This document shows positions 39,733 through 49,903 of a stretch of DNA of 64,000 bases, in pieces. Location: positions 2,560,001 to 2,624,000 of the forward strand of contig OZ257142.1 in NCBI GenBank assembly GCA_965279035.1, written 5' to 3'. Source of the DNA: Bacteroidia bacterium. Lineage in GTDB: Bacteria; Bacteroidota; Bacteroidia; M30B66. Numbering within the stretch: the stretch's first letter is position 1; each line of letters opens with the position of its first letter. The position numbers and the translations under genes were made by a program. The notes under the pieces are model-generated. The model worked only from the letters and a program-made list of their open reading frames with translations, was not told where the DNA came from and did not search any database.

Positions 39733-41856
39733 TTAAGGAGCAAGAATACTGAATTCTACGCGGCGATTGATAGCTCTACCAGCTTCTGTTTCATTTTCGG
39801 TAATCGGCTTTCCTTCCCCAAAACCACTTGAAGACATGCGTTCTACTTGAATGCCCTTTGAAATGAGATAGTTGAAAACGGCTTCTGCTCGTTTTTCTGA
39901 AAGCACTAAATTATCTTCTGGTTTCCCAATGTTATCAGTATGTCCATAAACAGCAATTTTCATTGTTGGATGCTTTTGCAATACATCCACTAACTTATCT
40001 AATTCAGGAAATGAATTGGGTAATAATTCGGCTTTAGCTGTTTCAAAAAACACGTTATTCAAACGAACAATTTCGCCTTTCTCAAAAGGAACAAGCAATA
40101 AATCCCGATTGATTTCTTCATAGGATGAAATCTTAGTTAAATCCAAATGATCACTTATCGGCAAATATCCTTCAGCAGAAGCAGAAAACGCATAATTTTT
40201 ACCATACGGAAGGACGATTTTATACAATCCACTATCCGGATCTGAACTTGCAATACCGGCTTCCAATCCTTCCGGAAAGACTTGATAACTCACCGATGCA
40301 GCAATGAATTTACCCGTTTTTGCATCTTTCACTTTTCCCTTTATTAAAACTACAGGGTTTGGTTTTATTTCATCTTTTAATTTAATTCGAACAACATCAC
40401 TTCCTCCGATTGAATTTCGCTCACTAACCATATAGGCGTAGTAACCCGATGCAGCTATACTATAATTAGCATCGTCTGCAATGGTATTGATACTTGATCC
40501 TAAATTCATCGGATTGGACCAATTTAACCAAGTGTCATCCAAACGTCGAGTTAAATAAATATCGCGTTTTCCTAATCCACCCGGGCGATCAGAAGCAAAA
40601 TAAAGTGTTACACCATCAGAAGCTAAAAAGGGAGTGTCTTCTCCAAATTTCGTATTAATTAATTCACCTAAATTCATAGGGCGTGACCAATCCCCATCTT
40701 TCTCCAAAAAACTCACATACAAATCATTAAACTGGGAATCCGATTTTTCTGAAAATGAAAGCAATAAGGTTTTTCCATCATTGGCAAAATATGAACCCAC
40801 ATAATTTCCTTTGGCCATATTTTCATATCCACGTAAATAAATTTGTTCAGGAATACTCCAACCTCCTTCAATTCGGTGCGAAAACGAAAATCCAGTCCCA
40901 ATGTATTTTCCTTTTTTATATGCTCCTTTGATCAACATCGTATTTCCATCTGGACGAATTCCTACGACTTTATTGACTTCCGCCGCATTAAATGGACTCA
41001 TTGCATGCTGAGCTTCTTGCCAAGATGAATCCTTTTCATTCCAAGTGCTAAACCAAATATCTTCGCTTGATTCCCAACGATAATAGGTATTGTTGGGATG
41101 TTGAGATCGAATAAAATATAAAGTTCGTTCATCAGGCGAAATGATGGGTGCAATTTCATCCACATACGAATTTACTTTTCCGCCCAAATTGCCCGATTCT
41201 CCTGGCCTTAATCCACCTGTTAATTGATCAAAGCCTTTCTTCTGATTCAATACATTTCCTCCTCCTGGATTGTAATTCACATGAAAAGTAGATGCTTCCG
41301 AAACTTTTATTGCTGACAAACTTGGATATTCTTTCACTAAACGCTCCATGGTCCAAGCTTCTACATCAGCACTGATACCAATGGCATCCAATTGTGAATC
41401 TTTTTCAGAACCACTCAATTTAATTTTCACCTTTTTAATTTTCTCTAAGACTTTAGGTACAGAAATTACTAAGAGCCGAATTGCTTGATCTACTTGATTC
41501 GCAGGCTGTTCATACACTACTGTAGATCCATTATTTTCATCCACCAATTCCACACGAACAACATATCCACATACATTATTTTCCAAAACTAGTACTTGCG
41601 TTACATTTTGTGGTAAATATTCTAACCACAATGCACCTGATTTTTGCTTATTTAATGTAGCACAACGTGGACTTAATTCGCCCGGTTTCTGAATGTCGGG
41701 AGCACCTAAAACCATACGAGCATTATGTTGGTCTTTATTGCTTATTTCTGAGTCGTACAGCAGCTTTTGAGCCCATTGAATTTGTCCAGAAACTGTTCCA
41801 GTTCGATTCACTAAAATGAGAAGCGCAAAAATGAAAATATGTATTTTACTCAACAT
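39733..41856 (-). CDS. OmpA-family protein with PD40 beta-propeller repeats
   Basis: P..N.G..INT...E..P....DG.TLYF repeats; C-terminal GHTD..G..N..LSE.RA..V and NRRVEF. Confidence 0.92.
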   Translation of the reverse strand: MLSKIHIFIFALLILVNRTGTVSGQIQWAQKLLYDSEISNKDQHNARMVLGAPDIQKPGELSPRCATLNKQKSGALWLEYLPQNVTQVLVLENNVCGYVVRVELVDENNGSTVVYEQPANQVDQAIRLLVISVPKVLEKIKKVKIKLSGSEKDSQLDAIGISADVEAWTMERLVKEYPSLSAIKVSEASTFHVNYNPGGGNVLNQKKGFDQLTGGLRPGESGNLGGKVNSYVDEIAPIISPDERTLYFIRSQHPNNTYYRWESSEDIWFSTWNEKDSSWQEAQHAMSPFNAAEVNKVVGIRPDGNTMLIKGAYKKGKYIGTGFSFSHRIEGGWSIPEQIYLRGYENMAKGNYVGSYFANDGKTLLLSFSEKSDSQFNDLYVSFLEKDGDWSRPMNLGELINTKFGEDTPFLASDGVTLYFASDRPGGLGKRDIYLTRRLDDTWLNWSNPMNLGSSINTIADDANYSIAASGYYAYMVSERNSIGGSDVVRIKLKDEIKPNPVVLIKGKVKDAKTGKFIAASVSYQVFPEGLEAGIASSDPDSGLYKIVLPYGKNYAFSASAEGYLPISDHLDLTKISSYEEINRDLLLVPFEKGEIVRLNNVFFETAKAELLPNSFPELDKLVDVLQKHPTMKIAVYGHTDNIGKPEDNLVLSEKRAEAVFNYLISKGIQVERMSSSGFGEGKPITENETEAGRAINRRVEFSILAP

Positions 41857-41893
41857 AAACAGTCGATTTTCCGGAATTTATATGAATGATTTT

Positions 41894-42011
41894 GGGCGGT
41901 GTCCGGGCTTTCGCTCCAAGTTTTTTTGAATATTCTCAGAAATCAATCTTCATTATGAATCTTGGAGAATAAAATAAAAATACGTTAGGCTTTCCGCTCT
42001 ATCCCTACCGC
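41894..42011 (+). ncRNA. Flavo-1-like RNA motif
   Basis: 5' GGGCGGTGTCCGGGCTTTCGCTCCAAG and 3' TTTCCGCTCTATCCCTACCGC resemble my recollection of Flavo-1; ends pair (GCGGT/ACCGC); variable AT-rich internal hairpin. Confidence 0.7.
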
Positions 42012-42089
42012 TTTGAGTGAATTTGAATTATCAAGGAAGAAAAGAAGGCCTCCGTAAAAAATTCCTTACGAAGACCTCTGAGCAACAAT

Positions 42090-43109
42090 CTATTTCTTTG
42101 CTTTCTTTAATTCTTTTTCCATAAATAATCCAAGTCGATTTACACAACCAGCTATCATATTGGAATACGCTTCATCGGTTTGCTTTTCCAAGATTGCACG
42201 TTTAGCATCATCTTTTTCTTTGGGATTAATAACCAATCCTTTCTTAAATGCCATTCGCACACCACCATAAAACAGACCTTTGCTGTATAAATTATTATCC
42301 TTTTTTCCTTCTTTTAATGGCAGTGGATTCGGACCAAATAAATGCATATTCACAGCACTCATCCAGAATCTTGTCTTTCCCCATTTCGTGTCAGCTAATT
42401 GAGAATTATAAACAATTAAAACAGCATCCACTTCTAACAAACGTGTTAAATCATATCCAATCGATTCAATCATTTGTCCATCATATGAACCACTTAAATT
42501 CGAAATTGGCACTGATTTCTTTTTGGGATCCACTTGATCTCGTTTATTAATCTTCATCAACTTATATCCATCAGCTGCTTCATCTAATTCGATGGTAGTT
42601 CCACTGGTAGCCATATTTTTAAAAAACTTTCCAATCTTCTCTCCTACTTTATTTGCAGTTGTATGCTTTATCGTAAAATCATTATAAGCCATTCGTTTAT
42701 CATCATCTGTAAGGTATTGATCAGGAGTTAATAATTCAATACCATATTTATTAAATGTGGAAATAAGGGTAGGCAATCCAACAGAATAAAATCGGTTTCC
42801 TAAGATTCTTAAATTCTCACTTCCCGAATTGGTTGTGTTGTATGTCTTACCAGTAGAATTCGTTCCGGTTATTTTTGTTATCCCTTGATCATCCACATAA
42901 AACGAAACCAAAGCAACACGTTTAGGTACTTGACCAAGTGTTTTTGTGGTAACAGAAAAACCACGACCATTGTCATTAATATAGGATTGATTAAAATCGA
43001 ATTTGGCTTTGCTGGTTAAGTCTTTTTTCTCAGCATAGGATGCCATTTTAGGAGCGCTGCATGCAATCACAAAAAGTGAAACAAATGCAAGAAGAATTAG
43101 CTTTTTCAT
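42090..43109 (-). CDS. Hypothetical lipoprotein
   Basis: MKK.., lipobox VIAC; 339 aa; no family recognised. Confidence 0.85.
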   Translation of the reverse strand: MKKLILLAFVSLFVIACSAPKMASYAEKKDLTSKAKFDFNQSYINDNGRGFSVTTKTLGQVPKRVALVSFYVDDQGITKITGTNSTGKTYNTTNSGSENLRILGNRFYSVGLPTLISTFNKYGIELLTPDQYLTDDDKRMAYNDFTIKHTTANKVGEKIGKFFKNMATSGTTIELDEAADGYKLMKINKRDQVDPKKKSVPISNLSGSYDGQMIESIGYDLTRLLEVDAVLIVYNSQLADTKWGKTRFWMSAVNMHLFGPNPLPLKEGKKDNNLYSKGLFYGGVRMAFKKGLVINPKEKDDAKRAILEKQTDEAYSNMIAGCVNRLGLFMEKELKKAKK

Positions 43110-43138
43110 AGTACAAGGTTAGATGCGTTTGAATGATG

Positions 43139-43210
43139 CAAATAACCGTCAACACTAGAATTCCTAAAATACACCCACTAGGGTATTTTGCTATCCGTGC
43201 TAACACGTAG
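43139..43210 (-). promoter_or_regulatory. Tandem 7-4-7 NarL-type boxes plus -7 element for the lipoprotein gene
   Basis: Minus strand: CTACGTG-TTAG-CACGGAT-N6-ATACCCT-AGTG-GGTGTAT-N26-TTTG. Confidence 0.65.
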
Positions 43211-43288
43211 AGATGAAAATTAGAGCCAATATTTATTAAAAAATCGACCAAAATAAATGTTGCAATACCTTCAAGAAATTCAGAATTA

Positions 43289-43945
43289 TCAAATAATTCC
43301 TTGCTCAATAGCTAGTTTAATCAAACCAGCAACACTCTTCGTTTCTGTCTTTCGAAATATATTTTTCCGATGTGTTTCTACAGTACGTTCACTAATGAAT
43401 AAATTCTCACCTATTTCAGCATTGTTAAATTCAGAAGCTATCAATTTAACAATTTCAATTTCTCGAGGTGTTAATCGAACAGGTGCGTTCACTGCTACAG
43501 GCTTAGGAATTCGTGCAGCACGCATCATTTCTAATGTTACTTCATCACTGAAAAATAATCCACCGCTGGCAATTTTACGCAATGCTTGAAGCAATTCATC
43601 TTTTCCAGTATTCTTCAAAACATATCCACTAATGCCGGCTTCAAGCATGTCCGAAATGGTATCACGATCACCATGCATCGACAAAGCCAACACCTGAACT
43701 TGAGGAAATTTCTCTTTTATCAATCGTGTTAGCTCAATTCCTGAAATCCCAGGCATATTAACATCTGCAATCACAATATCGACCAAATCAATTTCGAGAA
43801 GTCCAATGACAGTCTCAGGTTGTGTTGTTTCTGCGATTAAATTAAAATCCGATTCATAGATAAGCAAAGACTTAATACCATCAATCATCATCTGATGATC
43901 GTCAACAATTAATAAACGTATTGGAGACTTTCCTTCTAACATCAT
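43289..43945 (-). CDS. NarL/LuxR-family response regulator
   Basis: IVDDH, D.NMP, LSMH, GYVLK; LTPRE.EI..L..., FISERTVETHRKN. Confidence 0.96.
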   Translation of the reverse strand: MMLEGKSPIRLLIVDDHQMMIDGIKSLLIYESDFNLIAETTQPETVIGLLEIDLVDIVIADVNMPGISGIELTRLIKEKFPQVQVLALSMHGDRDTISDMLEAGISGYVLKNTGKDELLQALRKIASGGLFFSDEVTLEMMRAARIPKPVAVNAPVRLTPREIEIVKLIASEFNNAEIGENLFISERTVETHRKNIFRKTETKSVAGLIKLAIEQGII

Positions 43946-43983
43946 TATCAAATTTCAAGGTAAAAATAGGTTTTTCGTAAAAT

Positions 43984-44054
43984 CTACCCAATAGCACGGA
44001 TAAAGAATGCCTTCTAGATGGTATTTCATTCGAAATCTATAGAAAATAAGTTTG
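43984..44054 (+). promoter_or_regulatory. Tandem 7-4-7 NarL-type boxes plus -7 element
   Basis: CTACCCA-ATAG-CACGGAT-N5-ATGCCTT-CTAG-ATGGTAT-N26-TTTG, within TAAGTTTG. Confidence 0.65.
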
Positions 44055-44069
44055 CAATAAAATTCTACG

Positions 44070-45050
44070 ATGAAACTATTTTCTTTCAAGCTAATAAAAT
44101 CTATACCGAACCTGTGTTTCATTCTTATTTCAATGAATGGAATTAGTCAATCAACAAACTATCGAATAATTGAAAATGATCCAGACCGAAAAAATTTAAT
44201 TATACATCTTCAACCATTCGATGTCAATGCTTATTTACCAGCAATGAATATAGGATATTCGATTCAAGCCAATTGGATGATGAATAAACTCATTCAAGCA
44301 GATTTCATGTATCGAAAAGCGTATTTAGATTTGAATGCAGATGGTGTTTATGCGGCGGATAATCTGAAAAAAGCGAGTTGGTTTCAAGCAGGAGCCAAAT
44401 TCAATTTCCGAACTCATACTAAAAATAAATATGTAAAAGTTGTTTTAAAACAAACTCAATCATATAGAACTACAACCACTACCTATTTATTAATTCCTTG
44501 TGATGTGAAAAGAATTAGTTCGTTTCATGGTGGAATTGTATCTATTCATAATAATCATAAAATCGATAATAACTTTACCGAATCACTTCAAGAAAATGGA
44601 ATAAAAGGCAAAGATTCAAATGGAAATATTCGTGCATTTCGAGATACTATCAATTTCGAAACGATCAGTTATTCATCACAAAATTTTGGAATTTATGCTG
44701 GATTGAATTTCAGATCGATCAAAGATATCATCATCAATACGGATTCATACGGCACACGTTCCAACCATACATTATCTGATTTTTATTTCGATTTTATCTT
44801 TACACCTATTGTGCATTATAGTTTGCATCCCAATGACAATCAACAAATGTTTAAGAATATTGACATCTCAATACCCGAAAATAAAAAGAAACTTTTAGGC
44901 TGGAGAGCTGGATATACTTATGGAACAAACAAAGGCTTTGGCTTTTCAGCTAAAATGGAAATTGGTCAACAGCCAGGAATTCCCGGCTCAGGTTTTTTCA
45001 TGAATCTAGGAATGGGTTTCGTTATAAAATCACGCTTATTAAAAAAATAA
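44070..45050 (+). CDS. Hypothetical exported protein, probable outer-membrane beta-barrel
   Basis: Signal peptide; alternating strands (GWRAGYTY, MEIG..PG, NLGMGF). Confidence 0.75.
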   Translation: MKLFSFKLIKSIPNLCFILISMNGISQSTNYRIIENDPDRKNLIIHLQPFDVNAYLPAMNIGYSIQANWMMNKLIQADFMYRKAYLDLNADGVYAADNLKKASWFQAGAKFNFRTHTKNKYVKVVLKQTQSYRTTTTTYLLIPCDVKRISSFHGGIVSIHNNHKIDNNFTESLQENGIKGKDSNGNIRAFRDTINFETISYSSQNFGIYAGLNFRSIKDIIINTDSYGTRSNHTLSDFYFDFIFTPIVHYSLHPNDNQQMFKNIDISIPENKKKLLGWRAGYTYGTNKGFGFSAKMEIGQQPGIPGSGFFMNLGMGFVIKSRLLKK

Positions 45051-45051
45051 T

Positions 45052-45582
45052 TCATTTATTTTTTTCCAATACATACATATAAAACGGAAATCCCATAAAT
45101 TGAAATTCCTTTTCTAAACTAAAACCATTCCGCATTGCGACTGCTTGAGACTGGGTGTTTTCAACATGAATATTAGAAACTAAACGATTGGTAATTTTAT
45201 TTTCAAAGGCATAATCACGAAAAAACTGAGCTGCTTCTGTGGCAAATCCTTGCCTTCTAAAGGATGGAATTAAATGATAACCAATTTCCAATTCTTTTAC
45301 TCCATCAAAATCTTGAGCTAAAAATCCACAAATACCAATCAATTGATTATTCGTTTTTAACCTCAATCCAAGCATTCCATAGCTTCCAGTAGCATACCGA
45401 TTCAATTGTCGATTAATCATATACTGAGCTTTGATTTGAGCACTTTCTGTTGGAACTCCGGGAATATACTTTTCGGAGTTGGGATCATCAAAAAATGAGC
45501 ACCATGCTGGAATATCTTCTACAGTAAGCGCTTGAATTTTTAATCGTTCCGTTTCAAAACCCAACAAATACGATTCATTCAT
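45052..45582 (-). CDS. GNAT acetyltransferase (RimJ/RimL-like)
   Basis: ETERL, LIG.CG, EIGY.L.P.F..QG.ATEA, N..S..VA.RNGF; start uncertain. Confidence 0.9.
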   Translation of the reverse strand: MNESYLLGFETERLKIQALTVEDIPAWCSFFDDPNSEKYIPGVPTESAQIKAQYMINRQLNRYATGSYGMLGLRLKTNNQLIGICGFLAQDFDGVKELEIGYHLIPSFRRQGFATEAAQFFRDYAFENKITNRLVSNIHVENTQSQAVAMRNGFSLEKEFQFMGFPFYMYVLEKNK

Positions 45583-45622
45583 TGCTAAATAGGCCATTGG
45601 AAACAAAGATTTATTGATCAGA

Positions 45623-47605
45623 TTATGGTGCTAATAAAACAATGTTTTTTATATGAGCACCAATACCTAATTGATGCACAATATCCATCCCCGAAATTAC
45701 CTGTCCAAATGCGGTATAGCGTCCATTTAAATGCGGTGTGCGCGTATGTGTGATAAACCATTGACAACTCTCTGTATCCGGTCCAGAACTTGCCATTCCT
45801 AAAACACCTTCATCAAATTTTCGTCTCGTAAATTCACTACGAATAGTTTGCATAGTGCTTCCGTATCCATCACCACGCGGACAACCATCTTGAATAACAA
45901 ATCCAGGAACAACGCGATGCAAGCGTTTATTCAAATAAAAGCTATCTTGAATTAGCTGAACAAAGTTGGCAACGGTTCCTGGTGCATCATTCACCCATAT
46001 TTCAGCACGAATATTCCCCGCATCAGTTATGATTTCAATTTGCTGATTTTCGGGAATTCGTTCAACCAAATCCCAATCAATAGGATGATTCATTTCTGGT
46101 TTTAAACTTCCTTCTATTGAATGTCCTTCAAATAATCGAAGAGTTTTAAGTAATTCACCATACGATTCAATATCACGTGGTAGTCGCATTTTACCCATTG
46201 CAGTTTCTAAAAACCGGGTATTCGAATTTGGAATTGGAAGCACGCTTCGTGAAGAACCAAGCAAAGTTGTATCTCTTAAATAACTAGCTCCCATGGCAAC
46301 TAAACTCACGTCATACGTTGCTATGCAATCTAAAATTACGTGTGCAAAATGATCTTCTAATGAAAGACTGGGAGATGTTTTTTTCCATTCAATTGCAAAT
46401 GCAGGAAATCGTTTATCGGAGCGGATTTTCAATAATGCTTCAAAGCTAAATTCACGAATTAAAATGCTATTGGTATTAAAGCATTCTTCTTCAATAAATG
46501 ATAAATTACTAAAATCGGAAGCCAGCGCTTTTAAAATAAATCCGGCTATATATTCATCCTTTTCTATCGAATAAAATTTCTTGAGTTCATTCGAAATAGA
46601 ATGAGATGAATTTCCATTTAATTTACTTAATAAAGCTTCATAGAATGTATATTTAGCACGTGGGTGTGATTCTTCCTTAGCTGCTTTTTCAAGTTCAACA
46701 ATTGAAAATAGATCTGCATGATTTAAACAATAGTCTGCTGCTGTTTCTCGTATGTGAAAATTTTTATCCTGAATAGCTTTTATAATAATTTGTTTTCCTG
46801 CAGAGCTTTTCCAGGTAGTAATGCCTCTAAGTATAGCTAATCGACAGAGGTAATTTTCTTCCTTTTGAAATTGATTGAATACATAGATTGAATCTATTTC
46901 ACTAGAGATTACCAAACACCGCAAAATGGCACTACGAGTTGATATATCATCTTCCTCTTGAAGCATTTTCCTAAATGATTCTTTAGAAGTTGAAATATCG
47001 CTTTTAATACGCCCTAAAGCAGATGCAGCATAAAATCGCGCTTCTCCTTCCTCTTCTGTTAATTTTATCAATAATTGAATAATACCGATTTCTTCTGGCT
47101 TTTTACGAACCGAATAAAAAAGTCCTTCAGCCAATGCTGCATTCAAGTTCTCATTGAGTTTATCTCGGTATTTTGCTAATTGCAAGCCGCCTCCACTTTT
47201 ACCGATGGCAATGATAATCTCTCTTTTTACGTCTGTATTTTTTTCATCAAGCAAACAATGCATCATCAAATTGACCAAGCCTTCTAATTGATATTGACCT
47301 AATGCAAAAGCAGCAGAAATACGAACGTTCTCTTCTTTATCAAATTCCATAGCATGAAGCAAAGGCTCAATGGCTAAGCTGTCATTCATTGAACCTAATA
47401 GAATACATGATTGACTTCGAACCTGACTATTCTCATTATTTAAATAACTGATAACACCTTCAGTATTGCGTTCATCAGCAAACGTATGAACCTGTCTTAA
47501 TTGGTCATTTGAGAATTGATTGGGACTAATACACGCGTTTAAAAGAAAAACACAATAAACAACGAATTGTGTATAAAATAGCTTCTTAACAATGCCTTTA
47601 TCCAT
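45623..47605 (-). CDS. HEAT-repeat lipoprotein with C-terminal cyclophilin-type PPIase domain
   Basis: LNAC lipobox; HEAT repeats; HRVVPGFVIQ.G.P.GDG.G, QWFIT....PHL.G.YT.FG. Confidence 0.9.
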   Translation of the reverse strand: MDKGIVKKLFYTQFVVYCVFLLNACISPNQFSNDQLRQVHTFADERNTEGVISYLNNENSQVRSQSCILLGSMNDSLAIEPLLHAMEFDKEENVRISAAFALGQYQLEGLVNLMMHCLLDEKNTDVKREIIIAIGKSGGGLQLAKYRDKLNENLNAALAEGLFYSVRKKPEEIGIIQLLIKLTEEEGEARFYAASALGRIKSDISTSKESFRKMLQEEDDISTRSAILRCLVISSEIDSIYVFNQFQKEENYLCRLAILRGITTWKSSAGKQIIIKAIQDKNFHIRETAADYCLNHADLFSIVELEKAAKEESHPRAKYTFYEALLSKLNGNSSHSISNELKKFYSIEKDEYIAGFILKALASDFSNLSFIEEECFNTNSILIREFSFEALLKIRSDKRFPAFAIEWKKTSPSLSLEDHFAHVILDCIATYDVSLVAMGASYLRDTTLLGSSRSVLPIPNSNTRFLETAMGKMRLPRDIESYGELLKTLRLFEGHSIEGSLKPEMNHPIDWDLVERIPENQQIEIITDAGNIRAEIWVNDAPGTVANFVQLIQDSFYLNKRLHRVVPGFVIQDGCPRGDGYGSTMQTIRSEFTRRKFDEGVLGMASSGPDTESCQWFITHTRTPHLNGRYTAFGQVISGMDIVHQLGIGAHIKNIVLLAP

Positions 47606-47768
47606 TAGTAAAGAGAAATATCAGCTAAAGTAATGCTTTCAAAATAAAATGTGATATGAGAATAAAATGTGTTGTTATTAAGGTAAACTGGACTTAGCAG
47701 AATGCTAACAAGGCATTTATATTGATTTCACGTGTTAACTTGAAATTTACAAAACCAAATGATATCAA

Positions 47769-48626
47769 GTGATAAAAAATCAAATTCAACAACGCGAAGT
47801 CGATCTGGTTGTTATTTCAGACGTACATCTTGGCACGTATGGTTGCCATGCCAATGAATTGGTTGATTATTTAAGAAGTATTAAACCAGGAACTTTGGTT
47901 TTAAATGGAGACATTATCGATGGTTGGGCTTTTTCAAAATCCTACTTTCCTCCTGCCCATCACCAAGTTTTATTAGAAATTATGCGACATATTACTCAAG
48001 GATGTCGCGTTTATTATATCACTGGAAATCACGATGAAATGCTACGTCGCTTTTCAGATATGAATATGGGACAATTTCATTTAGTCGATAAATTAGTTCT
48101 GCAATTAGATGGAAAACGTGCTTGGATTTTCCATGGCGATGTGTTCGATCTCTCAGTAAATACGGGAAAATGGCTAGCTAAAATTGGTGGCAAAAGCTAT
48201 GATTATTTGATTCTTTTCAATCGAATGATTAATTGGGTTTTAGCAAAAATGGGCAGAGAAAAAGTATCCATTTCTAAAAAAATAAAAGCCAGTGTAAAAA
48301 AAGCAGTCAGCTTCGTGAGTGATTTTGAGAATATAGCAGCTCAACATGCCATAGAACAAGGCTACGACTTTGTTATTTGTGGACATATACATCAAGCTCA
48401 AAAACGTGTAATTGAAAATGAACTAGGATCGGTGATGTATTTGAATTCGGGCGATTGGATAGAGAATTTAACCGCTTTGGAATATCAAAAAGGAGAATGG
48501 AAAATTTTTAATTACGAAGAAGAAATGAATGTTTTATTGAAACAGATTCTCCCACATTCGGTTCATACAATTCCTTCTGAATTTATTTTAGGAAAAGAAA
48601 CAAGTTTGATCATTAAAACGCTTTAA
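47769..48626 (+). CDS. LpxH/PlcP-like metallophosphoesterase
   Basis: SDVHLG, NGDIIDGW, GNHD, HGD.FD, CGHIH, NSGDW. Confidence 0.9.
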   Translation: MIKNQIQQREVDLVVISDVHLGTYGCHANELVDYLRSIKPGTLVLNGDIIDGWAFSKSYFPPAHHQVLLEIMRHITQGCRVYYITGNHDEMLRRFSDMNMGQFHLVDKLVLQLDGKRAWIFHGDVFDLSVNTGKWLAKIGGKSYDYLILFNRMINWVLAKMGREKVSISKKIKASVKKAVSFVSDFENIAAQHAIEQGYDFVICGHIHQAQKRVIENELGSVMYLNSGDWIENLTALEYQKGEWKIFNYEEEMNVLLKQILPHSVHTIPSEFILGKETSLIIKTL

Positions 48627-48627
48627 G

Positions 48628-49644
48628 ATGAAAGTACTTTATGCGATTCAAGGTACGGGAAATGGTCATGTGAGTAGGGCGCGTGAAGTTATTCCCATGT
48701 TGAAAAAGATGGCTGATGTCGATGTTTTCTTAAGTGGAGGAAATTCGAATGTTGATCTCTCTTTTGATATTCAATACAAAAGCAAAGGATTGAGTTTCGA
48801 ATATGGAAACAAAGGAAATTTGAATTTCTGGAAAACACTAAATCACATTCATCCGTTTCGGGTATTAAAAGAAATTCGTGATTTTCCTATTCAACACTAT
48901 GATTTAGTAATCAATGATTTTGAATCCATTTCAGCCTATGCTGCAAAATTGAGAAATGTGCCTTGCTTATCCTTTTCTCATCAAACTTCCTTATTAAGTC
49001 CTTATTCACCAAAACCCGACGGATTAAATTTATTAGGTGAATCGGTACTAAAATATTATGCTCCTGCACCATATTCTATTGGTTTGCATTTTCAGAATTA
49101 TGATGATTATATATACACACCTATTATTAGAAAAGAAATAAGACAATTAAATCCCATTGAATTAGGACATTATACTGTTTATCTTCCAGCATTTAGCACC
49201 AATGAAATGTTGAAATTATTACTTCAAATCCCTCAAGTTCGATGGGAAGTATTTTCTAGAACGAATCGATATCCCTATATCGAAAAAAATGTCACAATTA
49301 AGCCAATTCAAAATGATGCTTTTATTCAAAGTTTATCATCCTGCAAAGGGCTTTTAACAAGCGCTGGATTTGAATCTCCTGCTGAAGCTTTGTACTTAAA
49401 TAAGAAAGTATATGTTATTCCTATTGGTGGACAATATGAGCAATTATGCAATGCCAAAGCATTGAATCAACTGGGTGTTCATTCATCAGCATTTAATGAT
49501 ACGAACTTAATTTCTAAATTAAATAATTGGTTAAATAGCAAAGAAATAATTCCAGTTCATTTCCCTGATATAACTGAAAGTTTAGTAGAACATATGTTAT
49601 TCGATCAATCACATTTTCAAGTACCAACTTTAATTGCTGGTTGA
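48628..49644 (+). CDS. GT-B glycosyltransferase (GT28/MJ1255-like)
   Basis: QGTGNGH.SRA, INDFE, AGFE.PAEAL, P..GQYEQ..NA. Confidence 0.88.
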   Translation: MKVLYAIQGTGNGHVSRAREVIPMLKKMADVDVFLSGGNSNVDLSFDIQYKSKGLSFEYGNKGNLNFWKTLNHIHPFRVLKEIRDFPIQHYDLVINDFESISAYAAKLRNVPCLSFSHQTSLLSPYSPKPDGLNLLGESVLKYYAPAPYSIGLHFQNYDDYIYTPIIRKEIRQLNPIELGHYTVYLPAFSTNEMLKLLLQIPQVRWEVFSRTNRYPYIEKNVTIKPIQNDAFIQSLSSCKGLLTSAGFESPAEALYLNKKVYVIPIGGQYEQLCNAKALNQLGVHSSAFNDTNLISKLNNWLNSKEIIPVHFPDITESLVEHMLFDQSHFQVPTLIAG

Positions 49645-49903
49645 ATTCATTTAAAACATAAAATTCTAAATCGATTATTATTTCTTGCGAAAATCAGCAA
49701 TTGATTTAAATTCAAATTACTTTTAACAAGTGTATATAATTTCTATACGAGTGAATGAAATAATTCTATCTATACTCGCTTAAAGAAATTAAGCAGCATT
49801 CATTTAATTTTTTGTTATTTAATCCATTATTTTCCAAGAGTATTTGCCATTCAATAATTAGAATTATAAACAAGTAGCTCATTGAGATGTTAGACCTATT
49901 ATT

